Source: an uncultured Ruminococcus sp.
Lineage (GTDB): Bacteria; Bacillota; Clostridia; Monoglobales; Monoglobaceae
Reading direction: 5' to 3'
Assembly: GCA_902797885.1 (NCBI GenBank)
Contig: CADBUP010000171.1
Span: 17,687-81,686 of the forward strand
DNA: 64,000 nucleotides
The first letter of the stretch is position 1, and each line of letters starts with the position of its first letter. Of this stretch, positions 26,231 to 34,801 are shown piece after piece. A program made the translations under genes and the position numbers. The notes beneath the pieces were generated by a model. It was not told where the DNA came from and did no database searches. It saw only the letters and a list, made by a program, of their open reading frames with translations.

Positions 26231-27655
26231 AGATATTTGGCCTTTTCTATGGTAACATAGAATTGAAACATGGTGAACATATAAATATATGGTGTTGGGA
26301 TAAAACCCAGCTAACGGCAGAAAGCTAAATGCGAATAGATCAACAACGAAGAAAGAAGGTGAATAAATGCCAGCGAAAAAGAATTTAATTGGCCAAACAT
26401 TTGGGTGGTTAACTGTAATTAAAGAAGCTGAACCACTTATCTTGGCGAGCGGAAAATCAAGAACACAATGTGTTTGTTTGTGCAAATGTGGAAAGGAAAC
26501 AATCGTATCCTCTCAGTCCCTTATACAAGGCACAACAATTTCTTGTGGCTGTTTTGGTGCTATCGCAAGAACAGAAGGAAAAAGAAAAGCCGTGGAAAAC
26601 AAAATGCTCGATAAGCATTTTGGTCGCTGGCACGTTGACAGTTACGCTGGACAAAAATATTTACCTTCTGGTCAAACTCGTAGCTTATGGAATTGTACAT
26701 GTGAATGCGGAACACGCAGAACATTAACTACAAATCAATTAAATGAAGGAAGTTTAAGCTGTGGATGTTTACGTAGCGAACTCGCATCTGCTAGAGAAAC
26801 AATAAATTTAATTGGTATGCGTTTCGATTCTTTAGTGGTGTTAGAAAGAATTGGTTCAAAACATTATGGAAAACAAAAATTATCCATGCCACTATGGAAA
26901 TGCAAATGCGACTGCGGAAAAGAATGCATTGCAACATCTAGAGCTTTAATTGAAGGCAGAAAAAAATCATGTGGATGTCAACGCAGATTAAACTTAGAAG
27001 GTTTACGATTTGGATTGCTTGTAGTTATAAAATACGATGAAACAAAGAAAAAATGGCTTTGTAAATGCGACTGTGGAAACCTTACATATAAAGCTGCAGG
27101 GCATCTTCGAGCTGGCAGTGCAATTAGTTGCGGTTGTCAAGCAATGTCAAAAAATGAGATAATCATAAATGACTATCTCATGAATAAAGGAGTTAAATTT
27201 GCAAATCAATATTCTTTTAAAAAACTAAAAGGGCCTAATGGCGGGCAATTGAGATTTGACTTTGCAATTTTGAATGAAGATAATTTTCCAGTCGCGTTAA
27301 TAGAGTATCAAGGGCAGCAACATTTCGAAGAAATAGAAGGATACGAATATTTCGGAAAAACGGCTCGCGATATAACGGATTTCATTAAAAGGTTGTTCTG
27401 CGATCAAACACATATAGATCTATACACAATAAGCTACAATCAAAACGTAATTGAAGAATGCGATAAAATTCTTTCACAAATAAAATTCGCACATGCCAAT
27501 GCCGTGCCAAGCTCGAAAGAGAAGGTGTAACGACTATCCCATAAGGGAGTAGAACTCAGTGAAACTCTGCGTTCGAAGCGCCATGCAACCGGTTTTACGG
27601 TTGAAGAAATAGTCTAAACCCCTAATAAATATCGGGAAACCGAGGGTATTCATTG
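26231..27655 (+). mobile_element. group I intron (family 1) with homing-endonuclease ORF
   Basis: GGTGAACATATAAATATATGGTGTTGGG, GCTAACGGCAGAAAGCTAAATG, GGTGTAACGACTATCCC, AAATAGTCTA and TCGGGAAACCGA. Joining 26230|27656 gives ...YNYLKA|DFLRVDVV, matching the DnaE LKxDFLGL box. The two exons total 1161 aa. Confidence 0.75.
26367..27530 (+). CDS. intron-encoded homing endonuclease: 4 CxCxCG...SCGC modules + PD-(D/E)XK domain
   Basis: GAAGGTG RBS. Four repeats (CVCLCKCGKE, WNCTCECGTR, WKCKCDCGKE, WLCKCDCGNL, each ending SCGC). LRFDF...LIEYQGQQHF. Confidence 0.75.
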   Translation: MPAKKNLIGQTFGWLTVIKEAEPLILASGKSRTQCVCLCKCGKETIVSSQSLIQGTTISCGCFGAIARTEGKRKAVENKMLDKHFGRWHVDSYAGQKYLPSGQTRSLWNCTCECGTRRTLTTNQLNEGSLSCGCLRSELASARETINLIGMRFDSLVVLERIGSKHYGKQKLSMPLWKCKCDCGKECIATSRALIEGRKKSCGCQRRLNLEGLRFGLLVVIKYDETKKKWLCKCDCGNLTYKAAGHLRAGSAISCGCQAMSKNEIIINDYLMNKGVKFANQYSFKKLKGPNGGQLRFDFAILNEDNFPVALIEYQGQQHFEEIEGYEYFGKTARDITDFIKRLFCDQTHIDLYTISYNQNVIEECDKILSQIKFAHANAVPSSKEKV

Positions 27656-29422
27656 GATTTTCTAAGAGTAGATGTAGTTAAAATAATTTCTGAAACATTC
27701 AAACTAATTGGAAGACCAGTTATGACTGTTTCAGAATTAGACGAGGCCGTCAAAAACGACGACGAGGTTTGGAATCTTTACAAAAATGGAATAACATTTG
27801 GATTGAATCAGGTTGAAAAGGAAAAGTCGTCTAAGCGCTGTATGATATATAAACCGCACAGTGTGCCGGAGTTGTCTGCGCTGGTTGCAGCAATCCGCCC
27901 AGGTTTCAAATCGATGCTTGATACGTTCATCAACAGGAATCATTTTGAGTATAACATTCCGTCGCTTGACAATTTATTGAAGACAGAATATATACCTGAA
28001 TCGTTCCTAATGTATGATGAACAAATTCTGCAAATTCTAAAAGCAGCCGGAATACCTGGTCCTGATGCGTATGCATGCACAAAGGCGATTAAGAAGAAAA
28101 AGGCAGATAAAGTTGCGTCATTTAAAGAACGTTTTAAATCTGGATTCGGAAAGATGCTTCAAGAAAAAGAACACGCATCAAAAGAAAAAGCAGACGAAAC
28201 CGTGGAAGAAATATGGAGAATTATAAATGACGCTGCGTCGTATATGTTTTGCAGTGCTCACAGTGTTAGCATGGCCTATGATAGCTTATACTGCGCCTGG
28301 TTAAAAGCTCATTACCCATATGAGCTTTACGTCACAATGCTGAAACTCTACGACGAAAAGAAGAATACGGACAAAATCTCAGCTATTATTTCAGAAATGA
28401 AACGTTATAAAGGTATTCGTCTTCTTCCTGGCAGATTCGGGCAGGACAATAGAGATTGGCTGGTAGATAAAGAACATGCCACGATCTCTCAAAGCATATC
28501 CAGCATCCGGTATATCAGCAAAGAAGCGGCTGAGGTTCTCTATCAGATAGGGCTTAACGACGAAGCTGTTATGGGAACCATCTATAAACCAGCCGTTCTT
28601 AAAGATTCTGTCAAGAAAGATATTGCCGCAATCAAAAAGAAGCTAAAACAGCTCAAAGAACGGTATGACAAAGAAGCTCCGTCGGACCTATCAAAAGAAG
28701 AGTTGTTTCGCTTTACGGAAGAAAAGGAAGGAATTGCTCAGGCTGGTGCGGAAATGGAAGAGCTTTTGCGCAATATTGAGTTAAGTCCAGATTCCTATGA
28801 AACTCAAGCCGAAGAAATTGATGTAATAGCAAAGCTGGATTGCTTCACGAATGTTCTTCGGGCAATTCAAATGAACGCTAACGTCAACACCAGAATGATT
28901 GAAGTGTTAATTGGAATAGGGTACTTCAGCCGTTATGGTAAAACAGAAAAGCTTATGAAAGTCTTTAATGAGTTCTTCGAGGGAAAACAAAAGTTAACAA
29001 AGACAATCAAAAGTTTTCAGGAGCGGCTGGAATATATGCGGAACTATGAAGCTTCGCTGCCAGATGAAGACCTTCCGATCGGCTTACGCCTACAAAAGGA
29101 ATTTGATAACATCGGTCTCTGCCTTACCGCGTTTCCCAGCGCTCCTTCCAACCTATATTTCGTCGAAAGTGTTGATGATAAGTATAGTGTTCGAGCTAAG
29201 CTTTACAGCGTTCAGCGCGGAACAATAGGTACAATCAGAATTACAAAGAAACAACAGGAAATTATGCCGTTAAAAGAAGGAAATTTGATTGTTATGGAGA
29301 AATATAATATGCGTCAAAGATGTTCCTATAAAGACGGCAAGAGGATTCCTATTCCAGGCGAGAAAGATTGTTGGGTTACTAATTATTCTATTATATACGA
29401 GAATCAACTTTCCGCAGCATAG
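27656..29422 (+). CDS. DnaE-like polymerase, exon 2
   Basis: DFLRVDVV...AAIRPG...MFCSAHSVSMAYDSLYCAWLKAHYP matches the fingers/HhH region pattern of pol III alpha. Confidence 0.7.
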   Translation, partial: DFLRVDVVKIISETFKLIGRPVMTVSELDEAVKNDDEVWNLYKNGITFGLNQVEKEKSSKRCMIYKPHSVPELSALVAAIRPGFKSMLDTFINRNHFEYNIPSLDNLLKTEYIPESFLMYDEQILQILKAAGIPGPDAYACTKAIKKKKADKVASFKERFKSGFGKMLQEKEHASKEKADETVEEIWRIINDAASYMFCSAHSVSMAYDSLYCAWLKAHYPYELYVTMLKLYDEKKNTDKISAIISEMKRYKGIRLLPGRFGQDNRDWLVDKEHATISQSISSIRYISKEAAEVLYQIGLNDEAVMGTIYKPAVLKDSVKKDIAAIKKKLKQLKERYDKEAPSDLSKEELFRFTEEKEGIAQAGAEMEELLRNIELSPDSYETQAEEIDVIAKLDCFTNVLRAIQMNANVNTRMIEVLIGIGYFSRYGKTEKLMKVFNEFFEGKQKLTKTIKSFQERLEYMRNYEASLPDEDLPIGLRLQKEFDNIGLCLTAFPSAPSNLYFVESVDDKYSVRAKLYSVQRGTIGTIRITKKQQEIMPLKEGNLIVMEKYNMRQRCSYKDGKRIPIPGEKDCWVTNYSIIYENQLSAA

Positions 29423-29462
29423 CGGAAACTCCCAAGTAGTGATAAATTTGGAGTGAAGAAAA

Positions 29463-29759
29463 ATGAAGAAAATCTACAGTATCCCGAGCGCGTTCGGCGG
29501 ACAGGACTTCTATGATGAAAACGGAAACCGTGTTGGATACTCCGTACCAGGCATTGGAGGCGGCGAGGACTTTTACGGTTCAGATGGAAGCTTCGGGTAT
29601 TCAGTGGACTCTATCTTAGGCGGTCAAGATTACTACAGCAATAAAGGAAACGCGCACTCGTTTGAATCTCCATTCGGCGGGCAAACGATTCGCGGAGACA
29701 TAAACGGGTACAGTTTTGATTCACCGTTTGGCGGACAAAACATAACGCTTGACGATTGA
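29463..29759 (+). CDS. Gly-rich repeat protein (GGQDFY-type repeats)
   Basis: Five to six degenerate repeats of F/LGGQD(F/Y)Y..G...GYS. Confidence 0.55.
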   Translation: MKKIYSIPSAFGGQDFYDENGNRVGYSVPGIGGGEDFYGSDGSFGYSVDSILGGQDYYSNKGNAHSFESPFGGQTIRGDINGYSFDSPFGGQNITLDD

Positions 29760-29815
29760 TTTTTCTTCTTTGATAACAATAGGGAGTTCTCGAATAAAAA
29801 AGGGGGAACTATCCT

Positions 29816-30241
29816 ATGGGTTATATGTTACCATTAAGATTTATAAAGGTCTCAAATAAAAGATCAGACGTAAAACAATTCGACGTGGCAATATGCGCCA
29901 CCAGAATTGTCGCTATGATGTCTACAGATATTTATCAGGCAAGAAGAACAGTAACGGCTGAAAAAAAGGCTGGCTCACTAATTAACGCCTGCGGAACGTC
30001 TGCGACAAAAACAGCGATCTTTCTGGATAATGGCGCTGTTGTCGCGTCGCCTTTGTCTATTCCTGTTTTACTGAACTCAATCGAAAAAGCGAACAGTAAA
30101 GCCGGAGCAAAACAAACATACAGAATGAAAGTTTACGACGTAGTCGATGAAGATCCTCAGCCGGAAATTGACGAAGATATCAATGAGCTTTCCGCGTATG
30201 ACGAATCTGAAGAAGAAGATTACGATGATTATAGTGAATAA
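29816..30241 (+). CDS. RemA/DUF370-like DNA-binding regulator with acidic C-terminal tail
   Basis: ICATRIVAMMS...ARRTVTAEKKAGSLINACGTSATKTAIFLDNGAVVASPLS aligns by eye with RemA ISANRI..IVSP..APIKR...A...G.LIDAT.GR.TRAV...DS....SA. Confidence 0.55.
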   Translation: MGYMLPLRFIKVSNKRSDVKQFDVAICATRIVAMMSTDIYQARRTVTAEKKAGSLINACGTSATKTAIFLDNGAVVASPLSIPVLLNSIEKANSKAGAKQTYRMKVYDVVDEDPQPEIDEDINELSAYDESEEEDYDDYSE

Positions 30242-30292
30242 GCGGTTTTCTGGTCCGCTTTTCAAATACAATTACAATAGGAGTGATTATTA

Positions 30293-30478
30293 TTGAGTGA
30301 TTCCAACCAGATGAAGCAAAACAAAGAAGGGGATTGGGTTATGGAAAACAAGATTCAACAAATTCTGGCTGACATCGAGAACTACAAAGAAGCAATTGAG
30401 GATGCACGCAACGCATTAGCTGCGGCGGAACAGGAATTGGACGAAGAGCTCGAAAAAGAGTTAGCTCAGGAAGAATAA
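30293..30478 (+). CDS. hypothetical small coiled-coil protein (start uncertain)
   Basis: TTG at 30293. Alternative ATGs at 30311 and 30338. Confidence 0.4.
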   Translation: MSDSNQMKQNKEGDWVMENKIQQILADIENYKEAIEDARNALAAAEQELDEELEKELAQEE

Positions 30479-30485
30479 CCCTTTT

Positions 30486-30521
30486 AGAGCCGGAGGTAAA
30501 ACTCCGGCTCTTTCTTTTATT
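30486..30521 (+). terminator. rho-independent terminator
   Basis: AGAGCCGGAG-GTAAAA-CTCCGGCTCT followed by TTCTTTTATT. Confidence 0.75.
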
Positions 30522-30550
30522 AACAATTGCTCGCTAGGAGTTTATATATT

Positions 30551-30865
30551 ATGCTAACTAAACTTGAACTTGGCGCTGGTTATTTAACATTTACGAATGC
30601 GCAAGGTGAAAATTGGAGATTGGAATTAAATGGCGTTTCAGATCCAGAAATAACTGCATCATTATATGATACCTATGTAAGAGACGCTAGCGGTAATATC
30701 ATTGCCAGCATTGCTGATGGAAGGATGTTTAGTTTCAGCTGCAACGCGAGGTCAATAACGCTGGAAAAGAACAATGAATATAGGATGCAATATGCACCAA
30801 CTGAAATTTCGACAGAGTATTCAGAAGAAGACATAAGAGAATTAATTATAGGAGAACAGGAATGA
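30551..30865 (+). CDS. hypothetical protein
   Basis: AGGAG RBS 10 nt upstream of ATG 30551. Confidence 0.55.
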   Translation: MLTKLELGAGYLTFTNAQGENWRLELNGVSDPEITASLYDTYVRDASGNIIASIADGRMFSFSCNARSITLEKNNEYRMQYAPTEISTEYSEEDIRELIIGEQE

Positions 30866-31317
30866 GTTATTACGCAACTCTCGGCGGAGATATTGTCGTC
30901 AAAGAGAATAATTTCAATGAAGTATTTGAAAGAGCGGATAAGATCTTTCCTTATGCTGGAAAATGGAAAGACGGGATTGAAGTCAGCGGATATGATAACT
31001 ATCATGAAGAAGAAATCAAAGACTTCTTAGACGAAATTGCTCCATACACAGAGTCTGGTGAAATTTTCTTTACCGGCGAAGACGATACAAGATGGAAGTT
31101 CAAATTCACGGGCAATAGATGGGAAGAATTCAACTCTAAATGCGTCTATGAAGGAGAACCGTTTATTGAGTCGCCTCGCGATAAAGCTGAGCTTGTAGGT
31201 CAATTGATCGACCAGATTCAGGACAATATGCAGCTTGATTTTATAATAGATGGAGAATTATATGACACATTAAAATCAAAAATAACCGAAACGCTGCATA
31301 ACTGGAGCATTCTATGA
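30862..31317 (+). CDS. hypothetical protein
   Basis: ATGA-coupled ORF. 151 aa. Confidence 0.6.
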   Translation: MSYYATLGGDIVVKENNFNEVFERADKIFPYAGKWKDGIEVSGYDNYHEEEIKDFLDEIAPYTESGEIFFTGEDDTRWKFKFTGNRWEEFNSKCVYEGEPFIESPRDKAELVGQLIDQIQDNMQLDFIIDGELYDTLKSKITETLHNWSIL

Positions 31318-31550
31318 ATAAGACAATCACACTTAAGGACATTGTAGAAAAAATAGGCGATTGTATTATTGAGTACAGAACTTGGCTCCCAGACGGTACG
31401 GATGTTCTCAGCGGATACTGTAAGTTCGTCAATAATGAACTGATTTCATTAGATGGCGACTCATATTCTATGGATGACGTATTCGTTAAATATTCTGTGT
31501 CTCAGCAAACAAAACAAGTTACCATTTGGTACGAATCGAAATGGATTTAA
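31314..31550 (+). CDS. hypothetical protein
   Basis: ATGA-coupled ORF. 78 aa. Confidence 0.55.
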   Translation: MNKTITLKDIVEKIGDCIIEYRTWLPDGTDVLSGYCKFVNNELISLDGDSYSMDDVFVKYSVSQQTKQVTIWYESKWI

Positions 31551-31559
31551 GGATAAATT

Positions 31560-31742
31560 ATGAATTCACCTCCGTGCAAAAACTGTCAAAGTTGAATGCT
31601 GGGCTGTCACGCTATTTGTTCAGATTACACAGAATGGAAACAGAAAAAAGAAAATGAACTGAATAAAAGAAAGCAAGAATTAGATAACGTGGACACCGTC
31701 GTTCGCAGCATACTTCGCAAACACAAATATACATCGCATTAA
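31560..31742 (+). pseudogene. small Cys/His-rich protein gene with in-frame TGA (31593-31595)
   Basis: MNSPPCKNCQS*MLGCHAICSDYTEWK... The stop sits where CGA (Arg) would give a CxxCxxR..GCHxxC pattern. The downstream part alone (31596-31742) could still be translated. Confidence 0.45.
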
Positions 31743-31755
31743 AAGGGAGTTTGTT

Positions 31756-31944
31756 ATGAAAGTTAGTCCTTGTCCAAACTGCGGGCATGATCGCGCTTGG
31801 TTAATCCGTAGCATAGGAAGTAATAAAAAACGTTTCCGAATTGAATGCCCTCAATGTCATTATAAATCCGAAAATAAAAGCTCTCCAAACAAGGCGGCGA
31901 GAGCCTGGAACAAAGCAAAAGGATTGATCTCAAATGGGAGTTAG
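31756..31944 (+). CDS. Lar-family restriction-alleviation-like zinc-ribbon protein
   Basis: CPNCGH...ECPQCHY...AARAWNK matches the Lar pattern CPFCG...C..C...A..AWN. Confidence 0.55.
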   Translation: MKVSPCPNCGHDRAWLIRSIGSNKKRFRIECPQCHYKSENKSSPNKAARAWNKAKGLISNGS

Positions 31945-32131
31945 TGAAATCGTTGTATTGGTCGGTGTGTTTGTTATAGGATTCTTTGTTGGATTGGATA
32001 TTAACAATTTGTCAAAGAAATCCAGAGAACAGGAATACCACATTCAGTGGCAACAGGGTTACAACGCTGGCTGGTCAGATGCATTATCGACAAAGCAACG
32101 GTTAATGGATAGAGAAAATTTAAATCGCTAG
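31934..32131 (+). CDS. small membrane protein
   Basis: N-terminal TM (IVVLVGVFVIGFFVGL). Confidence 0.5.
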   Translation: MGVSEIVVLVGVFVIGFFVGLDINNLSKKSREQEYHIQWQQGYNAGWSDALSTKQRLMDRENLNR

Positions 32132-32143
32132 GTGGTGTTTTAA

Positions 32144-32596
32144 TTGGTATTTGTTGGAATTGATCCAGGTGCTAAGGGCGGATGGTCTATTATCCATGAA
32201 GCTGGATCTGTAGAGTCCCATATCTGGGATGATATAAAGTTTATTGAGTCTATGAGGGACTTATCATTAACGAATTATAAAAACTGCAGATGCGCATTGG
32301 AAAAGGTAGGCGCAATGCCAAAGCAGGGGTTATCTTCCACATTTAAATTTGGAGAGAGCTACGGCGAAATACAAGGAATCCTGAAAGCGCTTGGTATACC
32401 TTTCCAAACTGTTCCTCCACAAACATGGAAAAAATCTTTTAGCCTAATCAATCAAGATAAATCAAAAAGCATTGAAACAGCCCAAAAGCTTTTCCCTGGA
32501 GTTGACTTAATCCCAACAGAGCGCAGCCGTAAAGCCAGCGATGGCATGGCTGAAAGCTTATTATTGGCGGAATACGCAAGGAGACATTTTGGTTAA
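32144..32596 (+). CDS. RuvC-like Holliday junction resolvase (phage type)
   Basis: VGIDPGAKGGWSII N-terminal catalytic Asp motif. TTG start. C-terminal DGMAESLLLAEY. Confidence 0.6.
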   Translation: MVFVGIDPGAKGGWSIIHEAGSVESHIWDDIKFIESMRDLSLTNYKNCRCALEKVGAMPKQGLSSTFKFGESYGEIQGILKALGIPFQTVPPQTWKKSFSLINQDKSKSIETAQKLFPGVDLIPTERSRKASDGMAESLLLAEYARRHFG

Positions 32597-32865
32597 TGAC
32601 AAGAGAAGACGTATTGCAAACAGCGCATGATGCTGTAAACGGCAGCCGCCATGAAGATTATGGCAGCGCTGAAAATAACTTTAAGATCATCGCAAAATTC
32701 TGGAACGCGTATCTTAATATGGATAACGTAATCGAAGCCAAAGACGTAGCGGCAATGATGGCGCTTCTCAAAATAGCCAGAATTGCCAGCGGGCACGGAA
32801 AGAGCGACAATTGGGTCGATCTCGCCGGTTATGCCGCGTGCGGCGGAGAAATAGAAGGTAAGTAA
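32596..32865 (+). CDS. DUF6378-like protein
   Basis: GSRHEDYGSAENNF...MMALLKIARI pattern. Confidence 0.5.
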   Translation: MTREDVLQTAHDAVNGSRHEDYGSAENNFKIIAKFWNAYLNMDNVIEAKDVAAMMALLKIARIASGHGKSDNWVDLAGYAACGGEIEGK

Positions 32866-32880
32866 GGAAGGTGATTCCCT

Positions 32881-33159
32881 ATGCCTGAATGGGCTTGGAT
32901 TATCGCACTGTTTATCGGAATGAGCGCAGCGTATTATTGTGGCTATAAACTTGGAACTTCTGAAGCAGACGAAGCGCCATCTCAAAAGGCCTGGATTGAA
33001 GTTAGAAAATATGGCATCGACAAACAACTTGAGTCCGAAAAGTACGCTATTGACAAAGAACACGAATTCAATTTAGAGCTCATGGAACGCGGCGCGTTTG
33101 ACAAGATCGTTGAAGAAGAAAATGACGAAGACGACAAAGAGGAAAAGCAACATGGGTAA
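32881..33159 (+). CDS. small membrane protein with acidic tail
   Basis: N-terminal TM. 92 aa. Confidence 0.5.
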   Translation: MPEWAWIIALFIGMSAAYYCGYKLGTSEADEAPSQKAWIEVRKYGIDKQLESEKYAIDKEHEFNLELMERGAFDKIVEEENDEDDKEEKQHG

Positions 33160-33718
33160 ACTATGGAAACACTTTAAAACGATTTGTCTTCATAAAAAAT
33201 ATGTGTATGAAGAATGTAAAGCTTGCGGTCTGCTCTGGCAAGGAATCGTTCACGATCTGTCCAAATTTAGTCCAACGGAATTCGTTCCCTCCGCTAAGTA
33301 TTTCCAGGGAGATCGCAGCCCAATTTCTAAAGAGAAAGAAGAAATTGGATATTCTAAGGCTTGGCTGCATCATAAAGGCCGCAACAAACATCATTGGGAA
33401 TATTGGACAGACTTTGACGATAACGGAAATGTTACGTGTGTAAAAATTCCTTTTAAATATGTCGTTGAAATGGTTTGCGACTGGATTGGGGCTGGAAAAG
33501 CTTACTCAAAAGAGAAATGGGAAAATAAATCTCCTTTAGACTATTACATTGCAGTTCGCTCAGGCCGCCATTTCCATCCAGAAACAGAAGATCTTATTTT
33601 AAAGTTCTTAAACTGTATTAAAGAATATGGACTGGAAGAATTTCATGATATGGCAAAGTGCGGCTATGGATACGCATATCTTCAAGCAGACTACGATCAT
33701 CCGGGTATGTGTCCGTAA
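33152..33718 (+). CDS. DUF5662-like His-rich protein
   Basis: ATG 33152. HDLSKF...HHKGRNKHHWEYW. Confidence 0.55.
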   Translation: MGKLWKHFKTICLHKKYVYEECKACGLLWQGIVHDLSKFSPTEFVPSAKYFQGDRSPISKEKEEIGYSKAWLHHKGRNKHHWEYWTDFDDNGNVTCVKIPFKYVVEMVCDWIGAGKAYSKEKWENKSPLDYYIAVRSGRHFHPETEDLILKFLNCIKEYGLEEFHDMAKCGYGYAYLQADYDHPGMCP

Positions 33719-33744
33719 AAATAAAGAGAAGGAAATAAAATCGT

Positions 33745-34158
33745 ATGAGAGTAAAATTAGATCCAGGTGCTAAAATTCCAACAAGAGCTCACACTAAAGA
33801 TGCGGGACTTGATATTTACAGCCGCGATACAATGCTCGTGCCTGCGCATGGCAACGCCATTTTTCACACCGGTGTTCATGTCGAATTGCCAAGCGGCTCT
33901 GTCGGTATGCTGAAAAGTAAAAGCGGTCTTATGGTTGTTCACGATATTACTAGCGAAGGAACGATCGATGAAGAATACATGGGTGAAATCATTGTCAAGC
34001 TTTTTAATCACGGTAACAGAGATTATACTGTGTGTGAAGGCGACAAAATCAGTCAGCTTGTTGTGTTAAATTGCATCCGTGACACTGTGGAAATCGTAGA
34101 TGAATTTGAATATATCACAGACCGAGGAACAAACGGAATTGGAAGCACTGGAAAATAA
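33745..34158 (+). CDS. dut: dUTP diphosphatase
   Basis: All five motifs are present: AGLDI, KSKSG, GTIDEEYMGEI, GDKISQLV, RGTNGIGSTG. Confidence 0.85.
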   Translation: MRVKLDPGAKIPTRAHTKDAGLDIYSRDTMLVPAHGNAIFHTGVHVELPSGSVGMLKSKSGLMVVHDITSEGTIDEEYMGEIIVKLFNHGNRDYTVCEGDKISQLVVLNCIRDTVEIVDEFEYITDRGTNGIGSTGK

Positions 34159-34196
34159 GTTTGTCTTTATGTATTAATGTATACCTGTCTACAATT

Positions 34197-34228
34197 GCGT
34201 CATCATTCGAGAATTGACGTAAGGGAGA
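34197..34228 (+). repeat. conserved 26-nt element GCGTCATCATTCGAGAATTGACGTAA (copy 2), directly upstream of the NAD operon
   Basis: Identical to 8128-8153. Ends about 14 nt before ATG 34242. Confidence 0.6.
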
Positions 34229-34241
34229 AAAGGAGCTAGAA

Positions 34242-34790
34242 ATGAATAACATTCTTATTGTCATTGATATGCAGAATGATTTTGTCGATGGTTCATTAGG
34301 CACAAAAGAAGCTCAGGCAATTGTGCAGAAAGTTGTTGATCGAATTAATAAAGCTAAAGAAGAGCATTGGAGAATCTACTACACCCAAGATACTCACTAC
34401 GATGATTACCTTGACACGCAGGAAGGAAAAAAGCTTCCTGTAGAACATTGTGTTTATGGAACAGATGGGTACAACCTTAACCGCGAAGTAAGTAACGCAA
34501 TGAATTGCTATGAAGACCTTCACAAATATACAAAGAATACATTCGGCTGTATCGATTTGGCTGAAGATCTATGCTTTGAGGCGCAAGACGCCGGCACGGA
34601 ACATCTTATGAACATTGAGCTTATTGGCCTGTGCACAGATATTTGCGTTGTTTCCAACGCGATGCTTCTGAAAGCGTTTATTCCAGAGGCTACAGTTTCC
34701 GTCAACGCGTCCTGCTGCGCGGGCGTAACGCCTGAAAAACATGAAGCGGCGCTCAAAACAATGGAAAGCTGCCAGATTAACATTATATAA
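34242..34790 (+). CDS. pncA: nicotinamidase / isochorismatase-family cysteine hydrolase
   Basis: LIVIDMQNDF (catalytic Asp), QDTH...VEHC (metal site), K..F, GLCTDICV (catalytic Cys). Confidence 0.7.
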   Translation: MNNILIVIDMQNDFVDGSLGTKEAQAIVQKVVDRINKAKEEHWRIYYTQDTHYDDYLDTQEGKKLPVEHCVYGTDGYNLNREVSNAMNCYEDLHKYTKNTFGCIDLAEDLCFEAQDAGTEHLMNIELIGLCTDICVVSNAMLLKAFIPEATVSVNASCCAGVTPEKHEAALKTMESCQINII

Positions 34791-34801
34791 GGAGAAGAAC
34801 G

